In this document: in pieces, positions 46,252-59,321 of the stretch | Layout of the letters: the number at the start of each line of letters is the position of its first letter | How positions within the stretch are numbered: position 1 is the stretch's first letter | Assembly (NCBI GenBank): GCA_020137815.1 | Contig: CM035350.1 | Coordinates: 7,068,001 to 7,132,000, forward strand | From: Hormiphora californensis | Taxonomy: Eukaryota > Animalia > Ctenophora | Length of the DNA: 64,000 bases | Reading direction: 5' to 3' | Translations under genes and position numbers: made by a program | Notes under the pieces: generated by a model | Seen by the model: the letters and a program-made list of their open reading frames with translations, nothing else | What the model was told of the DNA's origin: nothing | Databases searched by the model: none

Positions 46252-47553
46252 AATTGATCATCAATAACAACGAGACTCTTAAATTATTAAAACGAACTCT
46301 GGTTTTTTATACTAACTCTTGTTGAGTGTGAGTGTGTTTAAGAATATTTAACCCATCGTTTTATGTGTGTGGGTGCATGAATTAAGGTCTGCGACACTTT
46401 CTAGGGCAAGACCACTTGCAGATATCTGAGATATTATCAGAGATGATATCTCGTGTGTTTCCGTGAAACAATCATTTTGATTAAGTATCCCTATTCTCTC
46501 TGTAAATTTTTCCCTTTGAAAATGTAACAGCCGGTTACCACAATTCTTTCATAACAAAAAGACGCTGTGTTTTAATTACCCCCCGTGTCTAACCGTTTAA
46601 TTTGATAGTGGTTGATATCTCCTAACCTCACCCCTCACCCCTCACAGCTCATATGGCATTACAGATACACGTCATCATGGTACCTAGAACCGCAACTAGA
46701 GCCAGGCCGCAACACAAGGACAAAGGTAATTATCTGTAATATACCCAATTACTGTACCCCCTTCCCTTTTTGATATGTCCCTATCTTACCTCTGGTACAG
46801 CTGGGAGTGCCCACTGCCCACCTTTGGGCGCACGAACATGAGGGGTCTCTTTCTCGAAATTTAACTGTTTTCGACGAGATTTTTCGCGGCTTCGGCGCCA
46901 ATTCCAGGAAGCAGTACAAGTGATTTCCAAACAATCAGGGCCTAGAAAAAGGTCTAGTCTATCGTTCTAGGGGGGCTCTTTTTTGAAATTTTTTTCCACG
47001 AGGAGCCCTAACGAACATGAGGGGCGCGACGTGCCCAAGTCCCCACCGTGGCCACTGGCCAATTAAAATACATGGCCACATGTAAACTCGGCTGATCCAA
47101 TTATATGGGCTTTTCAATTACAGGCAGCTGTAATAATTTTACTCAATTACTTGTGTATTTGTCGCTGTGGCTACACTACAACAACTTAGTAGTAGGTGTG
47201 TTTTCCAACATGCCTGGTAACTCAATTTTCACCCGTGTGAAATGTACCGACACACACGTCATGTACAAATAAAATATTGTCAGTGTGCAGAATGTGTCTG
47301 CTAATGTTGTTGGTTATTTACTGGCTTTGAAATTATTGAAATAATAATTAATGTGATCTCTCTATGTAGAAGGGAGGCACAGCTATAAGTAGTTGCATGG
47401 GCAGTGCCTTGGGCACATTGTCATTTTGGTATAGTTTTACTGTTTACGGTAAATGGTAAATTTCGTTACATCCGCCATTCGAGCTACAGTGGCAATGCAA
47501 CAAACACACACTCACACAGCTCAATATGCAGCAGGTGTGTGATTGTGTAAGCT

Positions 47554-47626
<73 letters not shown>

Positions 47627-48453
47627 CATCCCTCTCTTTGACCCTCTATTTATCTATCCCAATCCCGAACCGCGTCAGGAGAAGACCTTAATTTGTAATC
47701 CCTTTGTAATTTTTCTTCGTGATACTTAATAACAAAAACGGCTCTATTTTTACACGAGTATTTGCTGCTGTACTGTGTTTGTTTGCTTTGTGCAGTATCC
47801 CTAGCGCTGTATAATAATAGTGTGATGTTACAGGCTGTTACACGTGTCGCGACAACACTGTGTATAATGGCCGTGTGTGTGTCACTGGTTTGACAGGTCT
47901 TTGTGGCGCATAAATACTATCGCTTTGAAAGAAGAACCGTATTGCTGTCTATAAAATATTTTTTGCAATTTGTCTAAAGGTTTTTTGCCGTGTGTATACT
48001 GTCAGGCCAATGCTCTGACAGTGTGTATAGTACACCTCGTGTGGTACACACTACACACTGTTATGTGTACTGTGTACTACACACTACACACGACATATGT
48101 GTACTGTGTACCCCACCATTATTATGCGTTTTCACGTAGAGGGATATCGACAGAGGGTTGCGTACACACTAGAAAAGTGACAAATTGCTTGCTCTATGAT
48201 CTATGGCTTCATTGTTTTTCACACGCGTCCCAAAATTCCATGGATATTATGTGTGATATTTGTATGATACGAGATACACTCATCACGAGTTACAAAGAGA
48301 AATATAAAGTACAATTACTGAACATTTCAAACGCTCTTTTTTACTCTGTACACATTCCTGTAATTGCTAAACATTTTGTTAAAATTTATAATCCAGTCCT
48401 GTAATTTTTGTTTGTTCTGCTCTGTTCCATCCTTGCTGAATTCAAATCGTTAG

Positions 48454-50259
48454 TTATTCCGTTTCGTCCGCCACGCCTTGCTCTTGATCTATGATTGCCG
48501 TTCCTTCGTTTATCCTGCTGTCCTGCAGCAGTGACCCTCTAGTTTCCCTCTGCATGAACATAACCGTGATGCATGCCACTATTTCAACAAATATGAAGCA
48601 GTATATTGAGTACCCGAGATCATACTCATCCAGGTAGGTCGTCAGGAAGGTTCCAGCAGCAGCCCCCAACTTTCCTATCCCGTTCTGGACTCCGATGGCT
48701 GTTGCTCGCATATAGGTGGCGTAGAACTCAGGGGCATAGATCCACAGCACTTCATTATATGCTGCATAGAATATCACACACGCAAAGAGCTCAACGTAGG
48801 TCAGGTAGGAATTGAGGCACCACAACAGCAAGATAGTCGCAGCAGCACCGAAATAGATTGCCACAACAAAAGTCCACCTTCTGCCAATATACTCTGCAGT
48901 GATCGTAGCACCAAGTTGCCCGGGCATGTACATGACCGCAATAATAATCAGGAACAAGTACTCCGATTTGGTATAGACAAGGCACCCCGATGCGTCTATA
49001 AAGGTTGAATCGAACCACAGTTCCATGTCACAATAATCATACGTCATCATGTCAGGGATCAACATGCTGATACCAAACACTAGGAACATGTTACAGATGA
49101 AGTGAATGGTGATCTGAATACTACCACATGTGTGTGGTTTAGCCCAGATATCCGCATACTCACCATTCCGGACATCCTCCACATAGATATCACCCCGGGG
49201 CACCTCAACTTCATTCTGAGCACAGATCTTCTGAATCACCTCTACTGCCTCCTCCTTCCGGCCGTTAATCACCAGGTATCGGGGTGATTCCAGCATAAAG
49301 TGCAGGAATACCAGCATTATTGCCACTGGCAGGGCCGTCAGAAGGATTTGTAAACGCCACCCATTCTTCATATCCATGACAAAGAAAGCTATAACACACT
49401 CGTATACGGACCCTGCTGTCCAATAGAGTGCTAATACAAACATGGTCCAGGATCGCCGTGTGGAGGGCATCACTTCCTGGGAGTAGACGATTGAACAGCT
49501 GTAGTTGCCTCCTATCGTGAACCCTACAATCGCCCTGCACACCAGGAAGAAGTAGTAGGAGGGAGCAAAGGCGGAACATATCGCTGATATTACCAGCACA
49601 TAACTGTTGATGAGGAGGACCCAGAAACGTCCAAACTTGTCCGCCAACTTTCCGGAGGTTATGCTGCCTATGGCGTAGAAAATGTAGACTATTGCCGGAA
49701 TCATTGCCTTCTGGAAGCTTGACAAATGCCACTCACACTTGAGATTCTTTATGATGATGGTTGCCAGCCAGATCTCAGCGGCATCTGCAAAGGACATTAT
49801 CCCCATGACCAGCATCACCTTCTGTTGATACCAGCCCCATCCAGATATCTCGATCACATCATTTACATCATACAGATCGTCCGGTACCTCGAACTCCCTC
49901 CCTGCTGGTTTGGTTGGAGGTGGGGTGGGAGGCGGTTTCTTTTCATCAGCCGCTTGCGTAGAGTCTGCTTTGGTTGGTTTTGGTGTTTTTGGTGTTTTCG
50001 GTGTGCTGGATGAACTGCCTCTAGGTGGTACTGGAGGGGAAGTCCTTCTGTTGGGATTATCCTCTGATTGGTAGAGCCGGTGTCGTAGCTGTGCTAGGCT
50101 GGCCATTACCCCTCCTCCTCCTCCTCCAGGTCCCTCAGTAGCCCTGTCGACCGGGCTGTCAGGCCCCTCAAATGGTGCCGAGCCAGCTCGACTGTGTCTT
50201 TGTCGTATCAGATCAAGAGAGCTCACATTGCTGCCAGTCTCTCCAGTTCCTTCAGGCAT
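48454..50259 (-). CDS. SVOP/SV2-related MFS transporter, paralogue 1 (intronless)
   Basis: YDVNDVIEISGWGWYQ, FADAAEI, LKCEWHLS, GKLADKFGR, QEVMP..R, ESPRYL and YAPEFYATYMRATAIG, with about 12 hydrophobic segments. This is the SVOP-like pattern. Confidence 0.9.
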   Translation of the reverse strand: MPEGTGETGSNVSSLDLIRQRHSRAGSAPFEGPDSPVDRATEGPGGGGGGVMASLAQLRHRLYQSEDNPNRRTSPPVPPRGSSSSTPKTPKTPKPTKADSTQAADEKKPPPTPPPTKPAGREFEVPDDLYDVNDVIEISGWGWYQQKVMLVMGIMSFADAAEIWLATIIIKNLKCEWHLSSFQKAMIPAIVYIFYAIGSITSGKLADKFGRFWVLLINSYVLVISAICSAFAPSYYFFLVCRAIVGFTIGGNYSCSIVYSQEVMPSTRRSWTMFVLALYWTAGSVYECVIAFFVMDMKNGWRLQILLTALPVAIMLVFLHFMLESPRYLVINGRKEEAVEVIQKICAQNEVEVPRGDIYVEDVRNGEYADIWAKPHTCGSIQITIHFICNMFLVFGISMLIPDMMTYDYCDMELWFDSTFIDASGCLVYTKSEYLFLIIIAVMYMPGQLGATITAEYIGRRWTFVVAIYFGAAATILLLWCLNSYLTYVELFACVIFYAAYNEVLWIYAPEFYATYMRATAIGVQNGIGKLGAAAGTFLTTYLDEYDLGYSIYCFIFVEIVACITVMFMQRETRGSLLQDSRINEGTAIIDQEQGVADETE

Positions 50260-50409
50260 GGCCGAGAGAAATCACAAGTTTATGAGACGTAGCATATATT
50301 GCGAGTGTTTGTAAACGCAGCACAACAAGACAACACGGGAATATGAGGATGTGCTTACACACGTTCCGATTTCCCTCTCTCCCGTTATCTCTCTCGCTCT
50401 CTTTCTTTT

Positions 50410-50510
<101 letters not shown>

Positions 50511-50668
50511 CTCTCCTTCTTTCTATCTCCCAGCCTCTCTCTCTCTCTCTCTCTCTTTCGCTCGATGGTGAACATCCTTAATACAAAGGGTTTGAACAAA
50601 ACAAGGGATATTACTATCATTCACTAAAGGTTTATTTCAAAAGTTATAATCTAACAGATATCGCATAT

Positions 50669-52271
50669 TTATTCAGTCCCGGTGCAGCTCCCGTAAGTTT
50701 CTTGTGGTTCTTCATCTTGTAGTATGTTTTCACTGCTTCGAGTGTCCCACAGTAATTGTCCCATAGTTTCTCGTTTCCTAAAACACGCCGTTACACAGCT
50801 GACAACCTCCACAGCCACGTAAAAATACACCACATAATGGTCCTCGGAATCATCGAAAAACGTTGTCAGAAACGTCGCCACCGCGGCACCCAACCTTCCA
50901 ATGCCGTTTTGAGCTCCAAATGCAGTTCCTCGCATATATGTCGCATAAAACTCAATAGCGTATAGGAAGATCACCTCATTGTACGCCCCGTAAAAGAACA
51001 CACAACCAAATATTATGGTGTACATTTGGGAGATACTCCAGCAAAAAGCCAGCATCAATGTAAAGGCTGCTCCTGCGTAAACTGCTACTATGAACGTCGC
51101 CCTTCTTCCAACAGATTCAGAAAGTAAGCTGCTGCGACCAAGCATTCCTGGGAGAAACACGAGCGTTGTAACCATGAGAAACTCGAATTCTGCCTTCGTG
51201 TACACAGTGCACCCTCCTGCATCGATATAGGTGGTATTAAACCAAAGATTCATATCGCAATAGTTATGACTCATCATCAGGGGTATCAACATAAGCATTC
51301 CACTCACGAGGAATATGTTGCAGAAAAAGTGTATCGTGATCTGAATACTGCCACTTGTATGTGGCTTTGCCCAAATTTCCGAAAATGCACCGTTTCGCTC
51401 GTCTTGCACGTATAGTTCTCCTTTTATGTGTTTGATCTTATTGTCTCTACACATTTTCTCCAAGACCTTTTGCGCTTCTTCTTTTCGGTTAGTTGATGAC
51501 CAGATACCTCGGGGACTCGTCCATGAAATGCATCGCCGCCAGAATAACAAAGATGGGCAAGGCTGTCAAGAAGATTTGGTATCTCCACCCGTTACTCAAC
51601 TGCATGACACAAATTGCAACAAAACACTCATATATACCTCCCGCAGCCCAAAACAGGGCTAGGAAGAGAATGTTCCACGATCTAAACTTGGCTGGCATAA
51701 ACTCTTGGGCGTAGATAACAGAACAGGCGTAATTCCCACCTACGCAAAACCCTACAATACTCCGAACGAAAACGTAAAAGTAGTAGTTAGGTGCAAAGCC
51801 GGAGCAAATTGACGAAATAAGCAATGCGTAAATGTTAATCATAACTACCCAATAGCGACCAAACTTATCTGCAAAGTATCCCGATGTCATGCTTCCAATG
51901 GCATAGCAGATGTTAATCGAGGAGGGTATGGCCGCTTTTTGAATACTTGACAGGATCCACAGACACTCCAGGTTGGGAATTATGATTGTCTGCAGCAACA
52001 GTTCAGCACAGTCGGCAAAACAAGCAGCACCCATGACAAGGAGAACTTTGTACTGACACCAGCCCCATCCAGCCCGCTCAATGACATCATTTACATCGTA
52101 TCTAATGACCTGTGAGCCATGGGAGTCCGTGTGAATTCCCAGATACTCAGGACGGTTCGGAATTTCAGGGCACTCCTCAACTAGAGATTGAAATCTAACG
52201 TGTTTTGGATGGTGATCATGTAGTGCAGCACCGTTCGATGGTCCCGGCTGGGCGGGGGATTCATCTGGCAT
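50669..52271 (-). CDS. SVOP-like MFS transporter, paralogue 2, with a +1 frameshift near 51491 (error or pseudogene)
   Basis: Two overlapping ORFs join into a full paralogue. There is one extra base in atc aac t aac cga relative to the paralogues. The likely start is MPDESP at 52271. Confidence 0.8.
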
Positions 52272-52599
52272 CTGGGTCTCCACATAAACAACAATATAAT
52301 AACTCGAATTATATTATAGCAAAGAAATAGTTGATTCCCTCAATATACAAACAGACCCCTTATCACACGATTAACAATGCATCAAGTAGTGAGGCCATGT
52401 AACGAAATTACCCCTCGTAACTAAGACATTGTAGTAAAAAAGCCCGCAAGGTAGGGGCTGGGGTAATTTCGTTACCAAGCCATGACCCATGTTACAAGTA
52501 CTAAAGCAATATTAATCATAACCAATCCTGGAACTACAGAGCAATATAGAGTGTTTTTTTTCGAGAATTCGACTTCTTTTTTATCTTCTTCTTTTCTTC

Positions 52600-54204
52600 T
52601 TACTCTTTACCGTATGCTTCTCCATCTTCTTCTTTAATGGGTGTGTTTTCGTTCGACCTACTGTCCTGTAGATTCTGCCCTACAGTTTCACTTCTCATGA
52701 AGAGGACTGTTACACAGGCCACCATTTGGACAGCTATGTAGCAATAGATGCTGTAGGAAACATCATACTCATCCAGGTATGTTGTCAGGAAAGTTCCGGC
52801 TGCAGCTCCAAACTTTCCGATTCCATTCTGGATTCCACAGGCAGTCCCCCGCATATAGGTGGCATAGAACTCTGGAGTGTAGAGCCATAGAACCTCGTTG
52901 TAGGCTGCGTAGAAGAGGGTTGCAATGAGTAACATAGTGTATGTTACGTATGCATCAATACAGATAAGGAGGAAGAAGGTAAACAATGCACCACCATAAA
53001 TTGAAATTATAAACGTGGGCTTGCGGCCAAGGTAGTCTGCAAGCCACGTCGCCATAAGCATTCCAGGAAGATATATAACTGCAGTGATCATCATAAAGAG
53101 ATACTCTGCCCGTGTGTACACCGTACAGCCCTCTTCGTTTACATAGGTTGAGTTGAAGGACATATCTAGACCACAGTAATCGTAAGCCATTGCATCAGGG
53201 ATCATCATCGTGATACCGAACAACAGGAACATGTTGCAGATGAAGTGGATTGAAATCTGCAGACTTTCACATGTTTTCGGTTTCGCCCAAACCTCCAAAA
53301 AATCTCCACTTCGCTCGTCCTTAGCGTATAAATCTCCATTGATGACTTCTACTTTGTTGTCTCTACAGATTTTCTCCAACACCTTTTGCGCTTCTTCTTT
53401 TCGGTTGTTGATGACCAGATACCTCGGAGATTCGTCCATGAAATACATTGCCACCATCATGACTACGATGGGCAAGGCTGTCAAGAAGATTTGGTACCTC
53501 CAACCACTGTCCAGCTGCATGACACAAATTGCGACAACAGATTCGTATAGCGCTCCGAAAGTCCAATAAACTTCCAGAAGAAGCATGTTCCAGGATCTAA
53601 GCTTAGCCGGCATAACTTCCTGAGAGTAGACGATTGAGCAGGCGTAATTTCCTCCTATACAGAATCCGGCAATGGAACGAAAGAAAATGAAAGAATAAAA
53701 TTCCGGGGCCAAACCAGAGGCTATTCCAGAAAGGACAAGGGCAATACTATTGACGAGGAGCACCCAATATCTTCCATATTTATCCGAAAAATACCCAGAT
53801 ACCATACTGCCGATAGCGTAAAAGAAATAAACAACGGCCGGTATCAATGAATCTTCAGCATCAGTCAGATCCCACTCACACTTCAGATCTTTTATAATAA
53901 TTACGGCGAGAGTAATCTCAGCACAGTCTGCGAAAGACATTAGTCCCATGACGAAGAGGACTTTGTGCTGGTACCAGCCCCAACCGGCCTTTTCTATTGC
54001 ATCATTAACGTCGTAGGAGTCGTCTCCGATTTCTAACAAGTTAGGGCATGCAACCAACCCTACACAATCACCATCGTCACCAAGTGCAGCTGGAAATCCT
54101 TCCGTTGCTGTTGGAAACGTTATTTCATCTGGTGGCGAAGGAGACTTCTGCATCAGGAATTCCCCAGGGCTCTCAACCGACCGTGGAGGAGGGGTGTTCG
54201 GCAT
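52600..54204 (-). CDS. SVOP-like MFS transporter, paralogue 3
   Basis: Intact 534-aa ORF with the same motifs as paralogue 1. Confidence 0.9.
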   Translation of the reverse strand: MPNTPPPRSVESPGEFLMQKSPSPPDEITFPTATEGFPAALGDDGDCVGLVACPNLLEIGDDSYDVNDAIEKAGWGWYQHKVLFVMGLMSFADCAEITLAVIIIKDLKCEWDLTDAEDSLIPAVVYFFYAIGSMVSGYFSDKYGRYWVLLVNSIALVLSGIASGLAPEFYSFIFFRSIAGFCIGGNYACSIVYSQEVMPAKLRSWNMLLLEVYWTFGALYESVVAICVMQLDSGWRYQIFLTALPIVVMMVAMYFMDESPRYLVINNRKEEAQKVLEKICRDNKVEVINGDLYAKDERSGDFLEVWAKPKTCESLQISIHFICNMFLLFGITMMIPDAMAYDYCGLDMSFNSTYVNEEGCTVYTRAEYLFMMITAVIYLPGMLMATWLADYLGRKPTFIISIYGGALFTFFLLICIDAYVTYTMLLIATLFYAAYNEVLWLYTPEFYATYMRGTACGIQNGIGKFGAAAGTFLTTYLDEYDVSYSIYCYIAVQMVACVTVLFMRSETVGQNLQDSRSNENTPIKEEDGEAYGKE

Positions 54205-54657
54205 TTCTCAGTGTAAGAGTCACCAAGAGAAAGGCACAGCAGTAAAGTAATTGGGATCTATATATCGTATCCCCTCATGACACAGTATCGACCTCAACCA
54301 TGGGCACAGTTTACACACTTGTGTCTACATACCATTATGTATTATATTGAACTATGATTCCATTGTATCAAGTTTAGAACAACAAGGGATCTTATCAATT
54401 TTAATTCGAACATTTGTTCGAATACTTTTTCCAATGTAGAGCAATTTGTATACGAAAATTATGGTCGATCCCAGTATTCGAATTAAAATTGATCGGATCC
54501 CTTGTTGTTTTAAACTTGGTACAATGGAATCATAGTTGAATATGTAGATACAAGTGTGTAAACTGTACCCATGGTCGACTGTTGATGCCGATATTATGTC
54601 AAGAGGGGGATTCATTTTAGTGCAGTGCCTTGCTATTAGTGACTCTCACACTGAGAA

Positions 54658-56272
54658 ATGCCTAACACCCCTCCTCCACGGTCGGTTGAGAGCCCTGGGG
54701 AATTCCTGATGCAGGAGTCTCCTTCGCCACCAGATGAAATAACGTCTCCAACAGCAACGGAAGGATTTCCAGCTGCACTTGTTGACGATGGTGATTGTGT
54801 AGGGTTGGTTGCATGTCCTAACTTCTTAGAAATTGGAGATGATGACGACTCCTACGACGTTAATGATGCAATAGAAAGGGCTGGTTGGGGCTGGTACCAG
54901 CACAAAGTCCTCTTCGTCATGGGCATCATGGCTTTCGCAGACGGTGCTGAGATTACTCTCGAAGTAATTATCATAAAAAATCTGAAGTGTGAGTGGGATC
55001 TGACTGATGCTGAAGATTCATTGATACCGGCCGTTGTTTATTTCTTTTACGCTATCGGCAGTATGGTATCTGGGTATTTTTCGGATAAATATGGAAGATA
55101 TTGGGTGCTTCTCGTCAATAGTTTTGTCCTTGTCCTTTCTGGAATAGCCTCTGGTTTGGCCCCGGAATTTTACTCTTTCATTTTCTTTCGTTCCATTGCC
55201 GGATTCTGTATAGGAGGAAATTACGCCTGCTCAATCGTCTACTCTCAGGAAGTTATGCCGACTAAGTTAAGATCCTGGAATATGCTTTTTATGGAAATTT
55301 ATTGGAGTCTCGGAGCGCTATACGAATCTGTTGTCGCAATTTGTGTCATGCAGTTGAGTAACGGGTGGAGGTACCAAATCTTCTTGACAGCCTTGCCCAT
55401 CGTAGTCATGATGGTAGCAATGTATTTCATGGACGAATCTCCGAGGTATCTGGTCATCAATAACCGAAAAAAAGAAGCGCAAAAGGTCTTGGAGAAAATC
55501 TGTAGAGACAACAAAGTAGAAGTCATCAATGGAGATTTATACGCTAAGGACGAGCGAAGTGGAGATTTTTTGGAGATTTGGGCGAAACCGAAAACATGTG
55601 AAAGTCTGCAGATTACAATCCACTTCATCTGCAACATGTTCCTGCTGTTTGGTATAGCGATGCTGATTCCAAGTGCAATGGCTTACAATTACTGTGGTCT
55701 AGATATGTCCTTCAACTCAACCTATGTAAACGAAGAGGGCTGTACGGTGTACACACGGGCAGAGTATCTCTTTATGATGATCACTGCAGTTATATATCTT
55801 CCTGGAATGCTTATGGCGACGTGGCTTTCAGACTACCTTGGCCGCAAGCCCACGTTTATAATTTCAATTTATGGAGGTGCATTGTTTACCTTCTTCCTCC
55901 TTATCTGTATTGATGCATACGTAACATACACTATGTTACTCATTGCAACCCTCTTATAAGTACGCGGCCTACTGTCAGATTCTGTGGATCTACACTCCAG
56001 AGTTCTATGCCACCTACATGCGGGGGACTGCCTGTGGAATCCAGAATGGAATAGGAAAGTTTGGAGCTGCTGCCGGGACTTTCCTGACAACATACCTGGA
56101 TGAGTATGATGTTTCATACACCATCTACTGCTACATAGCTGTCCAAATGGTGGCCTGTGTAACAGTCCTCTTCATGAGAAGTGAAACTGTAGGGCAGAAT
56201 CTACAGGACAGTAGGTCGAACGAAAACACACCCATTAAAGAAGACGATGGAGAATCATACGGTAAAGAGTAA
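54658..56272 (+). pseudogene. SVOP-like MFS transporter, paralogue 4: inverted duplicate of paralogue 3 with a stop and frameshift at about 55955-55960
   Basis: Near-identical to paralogue 3. It reads ctc tta taa g tac where paralogue 3 has ctc ttc tac (net +4 nt). The remainder is in ORF 55943-56272. Confidence 0.78.
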
Positions 56273-56999
56273 GAAGAAAAGAAGAAGATAAAAAAGAAGT
56301 CGAGTTCTCGAAACAACACTATAAATTGTTCTGTAGTTCCAGGATTTGTTTTAATTAAGATTGTTTTAGAATTTCTGGGCAATACACGTTGATTTCTCGT
56401 AACCTCTCTCAGCTGCATACGATCAGAAAGTAACATATGGGTAATACCAACTTGCTACTCCGGTATCATGGGAATCAATTGACTTTGTCATTAAAAAATA
56501 ACGTGGGTCTTTAGTCTATACTAAGAGATATTTTGTTTCATTCGACTTCAAATTACTTTTATGTAAATTTAAAACTTGAGCATTCCATGAAATGATATCT
56601 CTCTGAGTCTACCAGTTCGTAAAGCAGCTTCCGATGTATTTATGTCGGCATTCGGTTGGATAGCGTGATGAGTTCCATTGGCAGCAGCCAACATGTCTAA
56701 ATATTTACTAGCTTCACATTTAAGTCAGAGTGGACTATGTGCACTGCACTGAGTGCACACGTTAGAGCAATATATGATGTTAAATGTATCTTTGTCTGAA
56801 AGTATGACCATGAAGAAGTATGTGTACTGATAGAAGGGTTAATTTAAAATCCCATACCCCATCGCGAAATGTAATTTTGTCGAAACGAAAAAGCAAAGTT
56901 TAAGAAAGATATTTTAATAACCATTTACATACTACACAATATCCTAGTTAAGAATTCATTTTATGATTTATACACAGAAGAGTACACACTTTTTAAAGT

Positions 57000-58715
57000 C
57001 TATTCCATTCCATAGGCCTCTCCATTTTCTTTGATTGGCGTGTTTTCGTTTGACCGGCTGTCCTGCAAGTTTTGCCCCAAAGTTTCACGTTTCATGAAAA
57101 GTACTGTCGCACAGGCGATGAGCTGAACTCCGATGAAGCAGTAGATTGAGTAAGTAACATCATACTCATCCAGATATGTTGTCAGGAAAGTCCCGGCAGC
57201 AGCTCCAAACTTTCCTATTCCATTCTGGATTCCACAGGCAGTCCCCCGCATGTAGGTCGCATAGAACTCTGGAGTGTAGATCCACAGAACCTGGTTGTAG
57301 GCCGCGTAGAAAAGTGCTGCACCAAGAAGTGTAATGTAAGTGAGGTATGAGTTGATGCAGAGAATAAGGAGAACGGAGAAAATGGCTCCTCCAAAGATGG
57401 ACACCACAAAAGTCATCCGGCGACCAATGAAGTCTGCAAGCCAAGTTGCTAAGATCATTCCAGGGACGAAGATGAGAGCTGTTATCATCATAAACACGTA
57501 CTCTGCCCGGGTGTACACTGTGCAGTTATCGTCGTTGACGTAGGTGGTGTCAAACCACATGTCCAGGCCACAGTAGTTGTAAGACATGGCATCGGGAATC
57601 AACATGCTGATGCTGAATACTAAAAACATGTTGCAGACGAAGTGGATTGTAATATTGAGACTCTCACAAGTGTTCGGTTTCGCCCAAATCTCCAAAAAAT
57701 CTCCACTTCTCACGTCTTGGACGCATAAATTTCCTTTAATGACTTCCACTTGGTTGTCTCTACAGATTTTCTCCAAGACCTTTTGCGCTTCTTCTTTTCG
57801 GTTATTGATGACAAGATACCTTGGCGATTCGTCCATGAAATGCATCGCCACCAGCATCACAACGATGGGCAAGGCTGTCAGTAAGATCTGGTACCTCCAA
57901 CCATTGTCCAGCTGCATGACAAAAAGTGCAATGAAGCATTCGTATAGCGGACCCAAAGTCCAATACATTTCCAGGAAAAGCACGTTCCAGGATCTAAACT
58001 TAGCTGGCATAACTTCTTGGGCGTAGACGATTGAGCATGCGTAATTTCCACCGATACAGAACCCTGTAAGTGAGCGGCAGACAATGAAAAAGTAATAATT
58101 CGTTGCAAACGCAGACAACACCCCCGAGAAGATCAAAGCATAGCTGTTTATCAGCAGCACCCAATAGCGCCCAAATTTGTCCGAAAAGTATCCAGAAGTC
58201 ATGCTCCCAAAGGCGTAAAAGATATATACAACGGCCGGAATCATCGATTTCTGGAAACTAGAGAGATCCCACTCGCACTTCAGATCTTTTATGATCACCG
58301 TTGCTAGCCAAATTTCAGCAGCGTCTGCAAATGACATGAACCCCATGACAAAGAGGACCTTGGTCTGATACCAGCCCCAACCAGCCTTTTCTATTGCATC
58401 ATTAACGTCGTAGGTTGCCGAAGAATTCTCAGCATTCTGTTCGATCTCTAGAATATCCGGGCTGAATGGCCTGCCAACCAATTGGAGTTGGTCACCATCA
58501 CCGATGCCAGGAAATGGTATTTCTCCAGGAGGTTCAAGTTCTCCGGAAGTAGGATCGTCTCGTGGTTCTTGTCTTTCTTTAACGATTGTCCTCAGGTCCG
58601 CTTGTTTTCTCAGTGTAGAGTTTCGAGCGAGACCAGAGATAAGTAGATCATCATCATCCGGAGTCAGCCGGTTGGAGGGACTTATCGGTGGTCCGGGGTA
58701 TTCTTCACCAGACAT
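57000..58715 (-). CDS. SVOP-like MFS transporter, paralogue 5
   Basis: Intact ORF with the same motifs. The first in-frame ATG (MSGEEYP) is at 58715. Confidence 0.9.
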   Translation of the reverse strand: MSGEEYPGPPISPSNRLTPDDDDLLISGLARNSTLRKQADLRTIVKERQEPRDDPTSGELEPPGEIPFPGIGDGDQLQLVGRPFSPDILEIEQNAENSSATYDVNDAIEKAGWGWYQTKVLFVMGFMSFADAAEIWLATVIIKDLKCEWDLSSFQKSMIPAVVYIFYAFGSMTSGYFSDKFGRYWVLLINSYALIFSGVLSAFATNYYFFIVCRSLTGFCIGGNYACSIVYAQEVMPAKFRSWNVLFLEMYWTLGPLYECFIALFVMQLDNGWRYQILLTALPIVVMLVAMHFMDESPRYLVINNRKEEAQKVLEKICRDNQVEVIKGNLCVQDVRSGDFLEIWAKPNTCESLNITIHFVCNMFLVFSISMLIPDAMSYNYCGLDMWFDTTYVNDDNCTVYTRAEYVFMMITALIFVPGMILATWLADFIGRRMTFVVSIFGGAIFSVLLILCINSYLTYITLLGAALFYAAYNQVLWIYTPEFYATYMRGTACGIQNGIGKFGAAAGTFLTTYLDEYDVTYSIYCFIGVQLIACATVLFMKRETLGQNLQDSRSNENTPIKENGEAYGME

Positions 58716-59321
58716 TGGAAGAACAAGCACAATCAAGAGAGCGAACGAAGTTTTGATCAATGGTTGAGAAGAATCATTGAATCAGTCTGTTGAGGTACCT
58801 CAACACTGCAATAGCAAGAGTAAAGATCTGAGTAGAGTATCTGGGTGCTCGAAAAGACTTGATTAGCGTTCCAAATCCAGCCTTCTGATCTTATTTTAGC
58901 ATTTTTGTTATCTTAACAGTATTAAGATGTTAAGTTAACACATTTCAATGTTAGTCATGGTTTTGTTTGAAAGATTTTTGAACGACCATAAGAAATCAAA
59001 TCTGTAGGACCTCAAGTTTCCTTTAACCACCTCTTTCCAAACAGTGAACAACTCAATTTACGAAGGAAAGTGTTTGAGCTACAAAAGTTGAGAGAAAACA
59101 CAATTTTTGCTCTCAAAAGACAATAAACATTATAACATGATAATATATAGGTGATCGCCATGGCTTTTTCATTACTCAAGTTATGTGACCGATAAGTCAG
59201 GTAAATTAAAAATATGAGTATCTGTACAACATACGCTCAAGCTACAAATTGGAAACTGACGCCAGGTTCCAGATGGGAGATTCCTGATCAAACACGCTGC
59301 ACGTCATCTGTTTTCATGTAA

